Below, piece after piece: positions 9,301-18,821 of a DNA stretch of 64,000 nt (its first letter is position 1; every line of letters begins with the position of its first letter). Position numbers and translations under genes: made by a program. The stretch spans positions 13,863 to 77,862 of the forward strand of contig USDJ01000006.1 in the NCBI GenBank assembly GCA_900553395.1, given 5' to 3'. A model generated the notes under the pieces. The model saw only the letters and a list, made by a program, of their open reading frames with translations, ran no database searches and was not told the origin of the DNA. Source of the stretch: an uncultured Mycoplasmatota bacterium (GTDB lineage: Bacteria; Bacillota_I; Bacilli_A; RF39; UBA660).

Positions 9301-11064
9301 TTAATTATCGTATTCTTTCAAAAAATTAAATAAGTTAATAGCTACTTCACCAGGTAAAACTTCCTTTAATTCACTAATACTTGCTTCTTTCATTTTATTA
9401 ATAGTTTTATATTTTTTTATAAGTTCTACTTTTCTCTTTTCGCCTATACCACTAATATTATCCAAAATACTAGAAAGGCTTCCCTTACTTCTTATTTGCC
9501 TGTGATAATTAATGGTAAATTCGTGTACCTCATCCTGCATTCTTTCTAGTAAATAAAATAGATTACTTTTTTTATCTATATTTATTTCTTTAATTGGGTC
9601 AAAAGCTAAAAGAGCGCTAGTTGTATGCTTTGAATCTTTCTTTAAACCAACTACAGGTATATTAAGACATAAACTATTTATAACGTCACGTGCTACATTT
9701 ATCTGACCAATTCCACCATCTACTATAATTAAATCTGGCATTTCTAATTTATCTTTTAAAACTCTAAAGTATCTTCTATAAATTACTTCTCTCATTGTAT
9801 TATAATCGTCGTTAGTATCTACACTTATTTTAAATTTTCTATAGTTGTTTTTACTTGGTTTGCCATCTATAAAGCAAACCATTCCAGATACATTATAAGT
9901 TCCAAAAAGATGAGCATTATCAAATATTTCTATTCTAGATAGCGTTGGAATATTTAAAACTTTTCCAAGCTCTTGATTAGCCAAAATAGTCTTTTCTTCA
10001 TCTTTATGTATTAGTTCAAATTTTTCATTTAAAACTATTTTGGCATTTTCACATGCCATATTTACTAGTTTTAGTTTTTCACCTTTTTTAGGGCATCTCA
10101 CAGAAACGTCTAAATACTTAGCAAGAAGTTCACTATCTACAATATTTGGCACAAGTATTTCTCGTGGTTTATTTAAATTATTATAAAATCTAGCAATAAA
10201 TCTTATAAGTTCTTCATTAATATCATCTACTATATCAAAAATTTTACTTTTTCTCTCTACAATTTTCGAACCTCTAATAAAAAAGACTTGAATGGATAAA
10301 TAACCTTTATCAAAGTAATAGCCAAATATATCTCTATCTACATTATCTTTTAACTCGACTTCTTGACGAGTCAATGTTATGTTTATATAATCAAGTAAGT
10401 CTTTATATTCTTTGGCTTTTTCAAAATGTAATAAATCACTTTCCTGTTGCATCTTTTCAACTAGCTTTTTGGTAACAATAGAATGATCACCATTTAAAAA
10501 TTTAGTTATTTCTTTCAACATTTCATCTATTTTATCTTGATCCACCTTGTTAGAACAATATCCTAAGCATTCACCTATATGATAATATAGACAAGGCCTT
10601 TTTTCATATGTGCTACATTTTCTAAGTGGATAAATCCTGTTTAGTAAATTAACAACACTACGTGCAGCAGTTACATTGGGATATGGTCCAAATAAGTGAT
10701 TAGCTTTTTTCTTTCTATTTATATTTCTTATAACTTTTAAAGTAGGCACTTTATCACTTGTAAGCTCTATATATGGATAACTTTTATCATCACGCAAAAG
10801 TATATTATATTTCGGATCGTATTTTTTTATTAAATTAATTTCTAAAATAAGTGATTCTATTTCACTGTTTACTACTATATATTCAAAATCAGCAATCTCA
10901 CTAACAAGTCTAGCCGTTTTACCATAATGTTTCCCTCTAAAATAAGAATTAACCCTGTTTTTTAATTTTTTGGCTTTTCCAACATAAATAATTACACCAT
11001 CTTTATTTTTCATAAGATAGCATCCAGGAAGTTGTGGTAAAAGTAATAGTTTTTCGTGCAACAT
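9301..11064 (-). CDS. uvrC: Excinuclease ABC subunit C
   Basis: GIY-YIG N-terminus (PGCYLMKNKDGVIIYVGKAKKLKNRVNSYF), a UVR domain and a C-terminal helix-hairpin-helix (ISGIGEKRKVELIKKY). The likely start is ATG at 11064 (MLHEK) after GGGTGA. The track start is a TTG 12 nt upstream. Confidence 0.93.
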   Translation of the reverse strand: MLHEKLLLLPQLPGCYLMKNKDGVIIYVGKAKKLKNRVNSYFRGKHYGKTARLVSEIADFEYIVVNSEIESLILEINLIKKYDPKYNILLRDDKSYPYIELTSDKVPTLKVIRNINRKKKANHLFGPYPNVTAARSVVNLLNRIYPLRKCSTYEKRPCLYYHIGECLGYCSNKVDQDKIDEMLKEITKFLNGDHSIVTKKLVEKMQQESDLLHFEKAKEYKDLLDYINITLTRQEVELKDNVDRDIFGYYFDKGYLSIQVFFIRGSKIVERKSKIFDIVDDINEELIRFIARFYNNLNKPREILVPNIVDSELLAKYLDVSVRCPKKGEKLKLVNMACENAKIVLNEKFELIHKDEEKTILANQELGKVLNIPTLSRIEIFDNAHLFGTYNVSGMVCFIDGKPSKNNYRKFKISVDTNDDYNTMREVIYRRYFRVLKDKLEMPDLIIVDGGIGQINVARDVINSLCLNIPVVGLKKDSKHTTSALLAFDPIKEINIDKKSNLFYLLERMQDEVHEFTINYHRQIRSKGSLSSILDNISGIGEKRKVELIKKYKTINKMKEASISELKEVLPGEVAINLFNFLKEYDN

Positions 11065-11128
11065 AATATCACCCAATCAATTATATCATTTTTTATATTT
11101 TTAGTAAATTAAAAGACTTTTTAACATT

Positions 11129-11719
11129 CTAAAAAGTCTTAACTTTTTGAAAACCAAATGTATCTTCATCTTCTATAGGTTCTTCACTTTCATAGACAAT
11201 TTCTCCTACCCTTACGGTATCAATTACATTATTTTTATCTTTTCCTTTATTAGAATCACTTGGAGCACCTCCAAATAAAATATTCTCTATTTCTTTTGCA
11301 TTTAAAACACTTCTTATTTTTTCAACAAGTTTATCACTCTTGTCATATTCACTAAATTGTCTATATATCTTATCACTAATTTTTGCACAATAACGGCGTG
11401 GATTAGATAAAATATCTTCTTTTATCTTTTTAATACCTATAAAACCTGTTCCCAAGCCAACAAAAGCTAAAATAAAGTTATCAAGAAATGGAAAAAAAGA
11501 AACAGAAGCGGCAAAAAGTAAAACAAAATTAAAAAGCATTAAATACGTTAATATTCTTGTTAATTTTAAACTGTCTTTATCTATACTTTGTGACAATTCT
11601 CGTAATTTGTCTTGTTCTTTTTTCAACAATTCCGTTAATTCTTCAGCACTCATATCAAACAAATAATCGTAATTGTCAATTACTTCATACTTTGCTTTTT
11701 TCTTGAAAACTTTTCCCAT
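11129..11719 (-). CDS. Hypothetical membrane protein (two central TM helices, acidic C-terminus)
   Basis: An ORF with a charged coiled N-terminal region and hydrophobic segments LTYLMLFNFVLLFAASVSFFPF and ILAFVGLGTGFIGI. I recognise no family. Confidence 0.5.
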   Translation of the reverse strand: MGKVFKKKAKYEVIDNYDYLFDMSAEELTELLKKEQDKLRELSQSIDKDSLKLTRILTYLMLFNFVLLFAASVSFFPFLDNFILAFVGLGTGFIGIKKIKEDILSNPRRYCAKISDKIYRQFSEYDKSDKLVEKIRSVLNAKEIENILFGGAPSDSNKGKDKNNVIDTVRVGEIVYESEEPIEDEDTFGFQKVKTF

Positions 11720-11805
11720 AAATTTCTCCTTAACAAATAATACACGTTAGTATATCATCAAAAGTATAAAAAGTAAAGACAACTACATTAATTTACTACA
11801 TAGCA

Positions 11806-12429
11806 TTATTCGTTATATAATATCTTCTTAAGTATTAAATTAACCTGAGAAAACTCTACATTAGAAGCTGTTGCTCCTCCAAGTATTATAGTATTAACGC
11901 TTAATTTAGTGTTCTCTTCAAATCTAAGTAATGTTGTTTGATAAAACTGAGCATACTTGCCATTACTTTGGGGAAAACTAAATGACAAAGCTTTTATTTC
12001 TGAACCATTTTCATCCTGCAAATAAAAGTGCCCACCATGCGCATTATCAGCACCACTTATTAATCCAGATAAAGTTATTTCATAAATACCAGGCTTAACT
12101 AACACTTCATTTTCATTGACAACTTCGAAATAATTAGAAGGATTAGGAATTAGCCAAGGTGATGCAATAGTAAGTTCTCCTTCATTTTTAGTATCATCAT
12201 AACTTGTATAAAAAATGCTCTCAATGCTTGCAGGAAAACTTGGCCCTGTTGGACCAATGCTACCAGTATCTCCCTTATCTCCTTTGTCTCCTTTTTCACC
12301 AGCTATACCAGCAATGCCTTGAGGCCCTGTTGGACCCACTAGACCTATCTGACATCCAAAACCTAAATTTAATAACTTATTTCGTAGTTTCATATCTTCC
12401 TCTATTTTTAAATATTTTTTTTCATTCAT
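11806..12429 (-). CDS. Collagen-like triple-helix repeat protein with BclA-like C-terminal globular domain (probable spore-surface/exosporium protein)
   Basis: 12 uninterrupted GXY triplets (GLVGPTGPQGIAGIAGEKGDKGDKGDTGSIGPTGPS) are followed by ~140 aa of beta-rich sequence. Start ATG at 12429 (MNEKKY) follows AGGAGGC (12440-12434). Confidence 0.75.
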   Translation of the reverse strand: MNEKKYLKIEEDMKLRNKLLNLGFGCQIGLVGPTGPQGIAGIAGEKGDKGDKGDTGSIGPTGPSFPASIESIFYTSYDDTKNEGELTIASPWLIPNPSNYFEVVNENEVLVKPGIYEITLSGLISGADNAHGGHFYLQDENGSEIKALSFSFPQSNGKYAQFYQTTLLRFEENTKLSVNTIILGGATASNVEFSQVNLILKKILYNE

Positions 12430-12494
12430 AATAGCCTCCTGTTTTAATATATGATATATTAATTTTTTAGTATAAGCCAAACATAAATAAAAAA

Positions 12495-12522
12495 AGAATT
12501 AGTACTTACAAATACTAATTCT
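12495..12522 (-). terminator. Intrinsic terminator overlapping the parC stop
   Basis: AGAATTAGTA-CTTACAAA-TACTAATTCT forms a 10-bp stem, followed by TTTTTTTATTT on the minus strand. Confidence 0.8.
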
Positions 12523-15061
12523 CATTATCTATGTTATCTAAAAAATCATCTATAGTCATCATTCGATGATCTATATTATCTAAAGATATATTTTCTTTTT
12601 GAATCTCTACTGGTTCCTCTAGAACTTCGTGATTTATTCTAGGGTTAGTTATTTTATTTTCACAGAATACATCTAAAATATCGTGTTTAGAAAGACTCGT
12701 ACCAGTTGAATATCTATCTACTATTGGAAGATCAGTTAATTTGATAAATTCTATATCTTCCTTAAATTTCAATCCCAAAGTATTCTTAGAATTTAGCACA
12801 AAAGTTTTAAGAATATAATATGGATTTGTTTTAACATCTCTTATTACTTGTATACCTTTTCTAGCTCTAGATATTCTTTCAAATTCTGATAACTTAATTC
12901 GTTTACCTGTGTTTTTAGTAGTTATAATTGATATACATTCTTCGTTGTCAATAACATTTCCAGATACTACAGCATCATTTTTAAGACTAATAGCTTTAAC
13001 ACCACTTGCCCTACTTCCAAGTACTGGAACTTCATTGATATCATATCTTAATCCAAAACCATTATGAGTTGTTATAAATATATCAGATCCATCTTTATAT
13101 TCAACATTAACAACCTGATCACCATCTTTAAGTTTAATATATGGCATAGGTTTAGTATAGCGAAGGGCTTTTAGGTCACTGATTAGTGTTCTTTTAATCA
13201 TACCATTCATAGTAAATATTGTTATATATTTATTTGTATTAAAATCTGTTATAGCAATAGAATTTATTATATTTTCATCTGGATCTATTTTTATAATATT
13301 ACTTATATGTTTACCTAAGTCTTTCCATTTCATATCAGGTATTTCATAAACAGGGACATATAAATAATTTCCAAGTGTTGTAAATAGTAATATAACATCC
13401 ATTGTATTTACTTCGTACATTCCAACTACATAGTCTAACTCTTTGAGACCAGTTGCTCCATCTCTTGCACCGTAACTTCTTTTTGATACTCTCTTAACAT
13501 ATCCATCTTTTGTAACTACAACAACACATTCTTCTTTAGGGATCATAGCTTGAGTATCTATTTTAATCTCAGTAATTTCATCTTTTATTTCAGTTTTACG
13601 AGGAGTAGCATATTCATTTTTTATGGATTTAAGCTCTTGTTTCATTACACTTTTTAATTTTTCTTCATCAGATAAAATCCCTAATAATATTTCTATAGCA
13701 CGTAATAGGTTTGCATATTCTTCTTTTAATACATTAACATCTGTATTTGTTAGCCTATAAAGTTGTAAAGTAACTATAGCCTCAGCTTGCTCATTAGAAA
13801 AATCATATTTTTCAATCAGATTGTTTATTGCATCACTTTTATTTTTACTAGATCTAATTGTTTTTATAATCTCATCTAATATATCAAGAGCTTTAATTAA
13901 GCCTTCCACTATATGCATTCTAGCTTTTGCGTGCTCTAAATCAAATTTAGTACGTCTAGTTATAACTTCTTTTTGATGAGCTATATAAGCATCTAATATA
14001 TCTATAACTCCTACTATCTTTGGCCTGCGATTAACTATAGCAATCATATTATATGAATAATTTATTTGAAGTTCTGTGTTTTTAAATAAATAATTTAATA
14101 TAACTTCTGGATTGCTATCCTTCTTTAAGTCAATAACTATTCTAACACTTTCTTCTCTATCAGATTCATCTCTTACTTCTAGCATGCCATCTATTTTCTT
14201 GTCAAAAATAATATCCGCTATCTTTTTTACTAAAAGAGCCTTATTAACTTCAAAAGGAATTTCGTGTATTAATATTTGCTTTATCTTTTTATCTTCTACT
14301 ATCTCATATTTTGATCTTATTACAACTTTTCCTCTTCCTTTAGTTAAGGCATCCATTATTTCTTTTTTACCTTCCACTATAGCTCCAGTAGGAAAATCTG
14401 GACCCTTTATTATTTCTAAAATAGTATCTAGTCTACAATTTGGACTATCTATTCTCTTAATTGTAGCATCTATTACTTCTCCTAAGTTATGTGGAGGAAT
14501 TTCTGTTGCATATCCAGCACTTATTCCTTTAGAACCATTTACTAATAAATTAGGATATTTAGCTGGAAGTACTACTGGTTCATATAATGTATCATCAAAA
14601 TTAGGTGTCCATTCTATAGTATTTTTATCTATATCTTTTAAAAGTTCTCCACTTATTTTTGATAATCTAGTCTCTGTATAACGATATGCTGCTGCGCTAT
14701 CTCCATCCATAGATCCGTTATTACCATGCATATCGATATAGCACTCATTTTGTTTCCACCACTGACTCATATGTACCATTGCTTCATATATACTTGAGTC
14801 TCCATGTGGATGATAATGACCCATTACATTTCCAACAGCAGTCGCACTTTTTTTATGTGGTCTCTCGTATGTATTTTTATCTCTAAACATAGCATAAAGT
14901 ATTCTTCTTTGTACTGGCTTTAATCCATCTCTAACGTCTGGAATAGCACGATTTTGAATTATATCTTTAGCATAACTTCCGAATCTTTCGCCCATAATCT
15001 CTTCTAGGGTATAATCATAAATTCGGCCTAATAGTTCAACTGTATCATCTTGCTTTTTCAT
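12515..15061 (-). CDS. parC: DNA topoisomerase IV subunit A
   Basis: RDGLKPVQRRILYAM and YHPHGDSSIYEAMV are present, and the active-site region is AAAYRYTETRL. MHGNNGSMDGD is the ParC-type NNGS rather than GyrA NFGS, and no GyrA-box QRRGGKG was seen. Confidence 0.85.
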   Translation of the reverse strand: MKKQDDTVELLGRIYDYTLEEIMGERFGSYAKDIIQNRAIPDVRDGLKPVQRRILYAMFRDKNTYERPHKKSATAVGNVMGHYHPHGDSSIYEAMVHMSQWWKQNECYIDMHGNNGSMDGDSAAAYRYTETRLSKISGELLKDIDKNTIEWTPNFDDTLYEPVVLPAKYPNLLVNGSKGISAGYATEIPPHNLGEVIDATIKRIDSPNCRLDTILEIIKGPDFPTGAIVEGKKEIMDALTKGRGKVVIRSKYEIVEDKKIKQILIHEIPFEVNKALLVKKIADIIFDKKIDGMLEVRDESDREESVRIVIDLKKDSNPEVILNYLFKNTELQINYSYNMIAIVNRRPKIVGVIDILDAYIAHQKEVITRRTKFDLEHAKARMHIVEGLIKALDILDEIIKTIRSSKNKSDAINNLIEKYDFSNEQAEAIVTLQLYRLTNTDVNVLKEEYANLLRAIEILLGILSDEEKLKSVMKQELKSIKNEYATPRKTEIKDEITEIKIDTQAMIPKEECVVVVTKDGYVKRVSKRSYGARDGATGLKELDYVVGMYEVNTMDVILLFTTLGNYLYVPVYEIPDMKWKDLGKHISNIIKIDPDENIINSIAITDFNTNKYITIFTMNGMIKRTLISDLKALRYTKPMPYIKLKDGDQVVNVEYKDGSDIFITTHNGFGLRYDINEVPVLGSRASGVKAISLKNDAVVSGNVIDNEECISIITTKNTGKRIKLSEFERISRARKGIQVIRDVKTNPYYILKTFVLNSKNTLGLKFKEDIEFIKLTDLPIVDRYSTGTSLSKHDILDVFCENKITNPRINHEVLEEPVEIQKENISLDNIDHRMMTIDDFLDNIDNEN

Positions 15062-15071
15062 ATTTTCACTC

Positions 15072-16982
15072 CTAATTAATTTTATAATTATCCTCTAGTG
15101 AGAACTCAACATTTTCTTCTATCCATTCTTTTCTTGGATCTACTTTATCACCCATAAGCGTTGTAACTCTTTTTTCTGCTAATACTGCATCATTTATGCT
15201 TACTTTGATTAGGCTACGAGTCTTAGGATCCATTGTAGTTTCCCATAATTGAGTTGCATCCATTTCTCCTAAACCTTTATATCTCTGAGTTTTAGTAGGT
15301 TTACCCTTATATTTTTCTAAAAGTCTCTTTCTATCATCCTCAGTCCAAGCATATTCTCCTTCTTTACCACATTCAATTTTATATAAAGGAGGCATTGCTA
15401 TATACAAATGTCCTTCTTCTATTAATGGTTTCATATATCTATAGAAAAATGTTAATAGTAATATTTGTATATGTGCACCATCAACATCGGCATCGGTCAT
15501 GATTATTACTTTATCATAATTGCTGTCTTCTACCTTAAAATCAGCACCAGCACCTCCACCTATTGCATATATCATAGTGTTAATCTCTTCATTTTTATAT
15601 GCTTCTTCTAAAGATGCTTTTTCTGTGTTTAAAACTTTTCCTCTAAGAGGTAATATTGCCTGATATTTTCTATCTCTACCAGTTTTTGCTGAACCACCGG
15701 CTGAATCTCCCTCGACTAAAAAGAGTTCATTTATCTTAGAATTTTTAGCTTGAGCTGGAGTCAATTTACCACTAATAACTCTTTCTTTTTTACCTCTATC
15801 TTTACCGCTTCTAGCCTCATCACGTGCTTTTCTAGCAGCTTCACGAGCATTCCTACTTTTTAGCATTTTATTAATTATAGAAGTAGCTACTGCTTTATTT
15901 TCTTCAAGGAAGAAAGATAACTTTTCTGATACTATACTATCTACTACTGTACGTGCAATAGGCGTACCTAATTTACCCTTTGTTTGCCCTTCAAATTGCA
16001 ATAATTCCTCTGGAATTTTAAGACTTATAATTGCAGTTAAGCCTTCTCTAGTATCCGGTCCTTCTAAGTTTTTATCACGCGCTTTTAAATATCCATTGGA
16101 TTTAGCATATTCATTAAATACACGAGTAAGAGCACTCTTAAAACCAACTTCGTGTGTTCCACCATCTATAGTTTTAACGTTGTTTACAAATGAAATAATA
16201 TTTTCAGAATATGAATCTGTATATTGAAATGCTACTTTAACATCTATTTTATCTTTAACACCACTTAATACCATAGCTTTATGCAATTCGTTTTTATCTT
16301 CATTTACATATTCTACAAATGCTTTAAGGCCATCGCTATACATAAAAGATTCGTGCTTATTATCCTCTTCGTCTGTTACTTCTATGTCTAACCCTTCAAG
16401 TAAAAAAGCACTTTCTTGCATTCTTTCACAGATAGTAGTAAATGAAAAATTAGTAGTAGAAAATATATTATCGTCTGGCATAAATCTAACTCTAGTTCCA
16501 GTCTTACTAGTTTTATCTCTTTTAGTTAATGGTATATCTACTTCTCCACCATTTTTAAATCTAATAAAGTATTCATATCCGTCTCTTTTTATAGTTACTT
16601 CCATCCATTTAGATAGTGCATTAACTACACTTGCACCTACTCCGTGTAACCCTCCAGAAACTGTATATCCGCTAGTCTCAAACTTTCCACCGGCGTGAAG
16701 TACTGTGTAAATTACTTCTGGTGTTGTTCTTCCACTAGAATGCATTCCAACAGGAACACCACGTCCTTCATCTTCAACAGTTATACTATGATCTTTGTGC
16801 AAAATTATCTTTATTTTTTTACCGTATCCATTTATAACCTCATCTATTGAATTATCTACGATTTCCCATACAAGATGATGAAGGCCTCTTTTATCAGTTG
16901 AACCAATATACATACCTGGTCTTTTTCTTACTGCTTCAAGTCCTTCTAATATTTTTATTGAGCTTTCATCATATTTTACCAT
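15072..16982 (-). CDS. parE: DNA topoisomerase IV subunit B
   Basis: GHKL ATPase N-terminus (LEGLEAVRKRPGMYIGS, HHLVWEIVDNSIDE) and TOPRIM (LFLVEGDSAGGSAK, PLRGKVLNTEKA). Assigned as parE because it pairs with the ParC-type subunit. Confidence 0.8.
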   Translation of the reverse strand: MVKYDESSIKILEGLEAVRKRPGMYIGSTDKRGLHHLVWEIVDNSIDEVINGYGKKIKIILHKDHSITVEDEGRGVPVGMHSSGRTTPEVIYTVLHAGGKFETSGYTVSGGLHGVGASVVNALSKWMEVTIKRDGYEYFIRFKNGGEVDIPLTKRDKTSKTGTRVRFMPDDNIFSTTNFSFTTICERMQESAFLLEGLDIEVTDEEDNKHESFMYSDGLKAFVEYVNEDKNELHKAMVLSGVKDKIDVKVAFQYTDSYSENIISFVNNVKTIDGGTHEVGFKSALTRVFNEYAKSNGYLKARDKNLEGPDTREGLTAIISLKIPEELLQFEGQTKGKLGTPIARTVVDSIVSEKLSFFLEENKAVATSIINKMLKSRNAREAARKARDEARSGKDRGKKERVISGKLTPAQAKNSKINELFLVEGDSAGGSAKTGRDRKYQAILPLRGKVLNTEKASLEEAYKNEEINTMIYAIGGGAGADFKVEDSNYDKVIIMTDADVDGAHIQILLLTFFYRYMKPLIEEGHLYIAMPPLYKIECGKEGEYAWTEDDRKRLLEKYKGKPTKTQRYKGLGEMDATQLWETTMDPKTRSLIKVSINDAVLAEKRVTTLMGDKVDPRKEWIEENVEFSLEDNYKIN

Positions 16983-17071
16983 AACTTATTCACCTCAACA
17001 ATTATAACATAAATAAACTTTTAAAGTCAAAAAAATCCTTGTTTTTTCATAATAAAAGTAGAATAAAAGTC

Positions 17072-17995
17072 TTATTCTACCGTTATAACTCTTTTTGATG
17101 ATACCTGATTTCCAGAAGGATCTTTAGCTATATATGTAATAATATATTTATCCTTTACTCCAAAATTTATTTTACCCTCTATGCTTATAGAACAATCACC
17201 ACTATTATCAGTACAACTTACGCCTTCCATTAAGTCATATTCATTAACACTTGAAGATATAGTTGTATTTTCTGGTATTACAAGATTTGGTGCCTCTAAA
17301 TCTTTTATAATTACACTAAAAACTACTACAGTAGAATATCCATAGTCATCTACAACAGTATAATTTACATAATAAATTCCAAGCTTAGTTGTGTCAATTG
17401 TATCAACTATTATATCATTTTTGGTAATATTGAAAACCACTCTGCTTGCCAAATTAGCTCCATCTTTAGAAGTCGCATTATAGCTTGGCATAGAAAAGTC
17501 ACTGCCAAGATTTACACTAACAGTATAATTTCCGGCACTATCCTTATTTAATCCTTCCAGTACAATACTAGGTTTTTGTTCTTTATAAAGAGAAGAAGTC
17601 CTATCATCTCTTTTTATAGTAAATAAATAATCTCCACTTTTTTTAGAATACTTACTCTTACTATATCTATTACTTCCAATATTTTTAATCTCTATAACTA
17701 AGTCATCACTAAAATATTCGCCAGTTTTTGGATCTTTTATATCAGAATCTAGTAAAGATTTCTTTTTTAATTCTCCTACTGTTATATATTTAACATTATC
17801 TCTTTCAGGTAAAAATTCAGCATTTTCTAGCGACCAATTATAAGCTGAGGTTAAAATATCATTTATTTTTTTTTGATATACAGTATCTTTACTACTATCA
17901 GTTACATTTATAATAGCAGGAAGTGTTATAGAGAAAATTACCATCAAAATAACTATAACTCCTAATAATTCTACTAATGTGAATCCTTTTTTCAT
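17072..17995 (-). CDS. Type IV pilin-like protein with two C-terminal Ig-like (DUF5011-type) domains
   Basis: N-terminus MKKGFTLVELLGVIVILMVIFS followed by a GspG/ComGC-like head. The C-terminal half has two repeats of the pattern G.Y.V.Y...D..G......V.V.D...P (GIYYVNYTVVDDYGYSTVVVFSVIIKDLEAP and KYIITYIAKDPSGNQVSSKRVITV). Confidence 0.75.
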   Translation of the reverse strand: MKKGFTLVELLGVIVILMVIFSITLPAIINVTDSSKDTVYQKKINDILTSAYNWSLENAEFLPERDNVKYITVGELKKKSLLDSDIKDPKTGEYFSDDLVIEIKNIGSNRYSKSKYSKKSGDYLFTIKRDDRTSSLYKEQKPSIVLEGLNKDSAGNYTVSVNLGSDFSMPSYNATSKDGANLASRVVFNITKNDIIVDTIDTTKLGIYYVNYTVVDDYGYSTVVVFSVIIKDLEAPNLVIPENTTISSSVNEYDLMEGVSCTDNSGDCSISIEGKINFGVKDKYIITYIAKDPSGNQVSSKRVITVE

Positions 17996-17998
17996 ACA

Positions 17999-18529
17999 TT
18001 ACTCCTTTATAAAAATGCTTAATATTTTAGAGGCAAAAAGAAGTATTTCATTTCCCTTGCTCATAGCAATACCTTTTTCCAATGCCTTACCACCAATTGT
18101 AAGAGTTGATATAATTCCCATTACTATAAGTGTCACTAAAAGCCCATTATAATTAGTGGCAGCAGTTATTTTAAGTGATATAACCGCTCCTGTTGATCCA
18201 GATATAATTCCACATATATCACCTATTACATCGTTACAAAAAGATGATACTTTTTCAGCATTTTTTTTAAGTTTTACTGCAACTCTAGCAGATTTTATTT
18301 TTTTTGATGCCATAGAATGAAATACAGCCTCATCTGCCGTAGAACAAGCAACACCTATCATGTCAAATATAACTCCAATAAGAATAAACACAATAGTTAA
18401 AATTATACCTACTGGTATATTTACATTTGGTATAGCAGTTTCAGATATAAAAGTAAATAATATAGATATAATAAAAGTTAAAATAACAATCATCATAATC
18501 CATTTATAATTAGTTTTAGCATTCTTCAT
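17999..18529 (-). CDS. Polytopic membrane protein, function unknown
   Basis: Three or four hydrophobic helices. The ORF abuts the downstream pilin gene. I cannot securely assign a family. Confidence 0.5.
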   Translation of the reverse strand: MKNAKTNYKWIMMIVILTFIISILFTFISETAIPNVNIPVGIILTIVFILIGVIFDMIGVACSTADEAVFHSMASKKIKSARVAVKLKKNAEKVSSFCNDVIGDICGIISGSTGAVISLKITAATNYNGLLVTLIVMGIISTLTIGGKALEKGIAMSKGNEILLFASKILSIFIKE

Positions 18530-18530
18530 A

Positions 18531-18755
18531 CTATTTTAATTCTTCTCTTTCAATATTTGTGTTATAATTAGACTCTTGTGAATTATTTTCTATAATTCTT
18601 TCTTTTTTATCTTTTAATCCTATTACAAAAAGTATAAATAAAATAATAACTAACACATATAAAGATAAAATTATAATTAAATCTTTATGACTTTTTTTAC
18701 TCTTATCATTCTTATTGCTTGAATCAAGCTCTACTGCTTTTGGATCATTATCCAT
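18531..18755 (-). CDS. Small single-pass membrane protein
   Basis: 74 aa with one TM helix (LIIILSLYVLVIILFILFVIGL). Its stop codon (18531-18533) sits one nucleotide upstream of the start codon (18529-18527) of the next gene. Confidence 0.4.
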   Translation of the reverse strand: MDNDPKAVELDSSNKNDKSKKSHKDLIIILSLYVLVIILFILFVIGLKDKKERIIENNSQESNYNTNIEREELK

Positions 18756-18821
18756 ATCATCACCCTAAGTTTAGTATAGCATAAAAGAAATAATTTAACA
18801 AGAAAAAATAAAGATTGCTCT

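Noticed and set aside
12230-12350. A locally GC-rich stretch with 9-nt periodicity could have been a DNA repeat or CRISPR-like array.
   Set aside because: It is explained by the GXY collagen-repeat coding sequence. There is no repeat-spacer organisation.
12515-16982. I considered whether the type II topoisomerase pair is gyrB-gyrA.
   Set aside because: The A subunit has the ParC-type MHGNNGS motif rather than GyrA's GNFGS, and I could not find a GyrA box. There is also no dnaA/dnaN/recF context.
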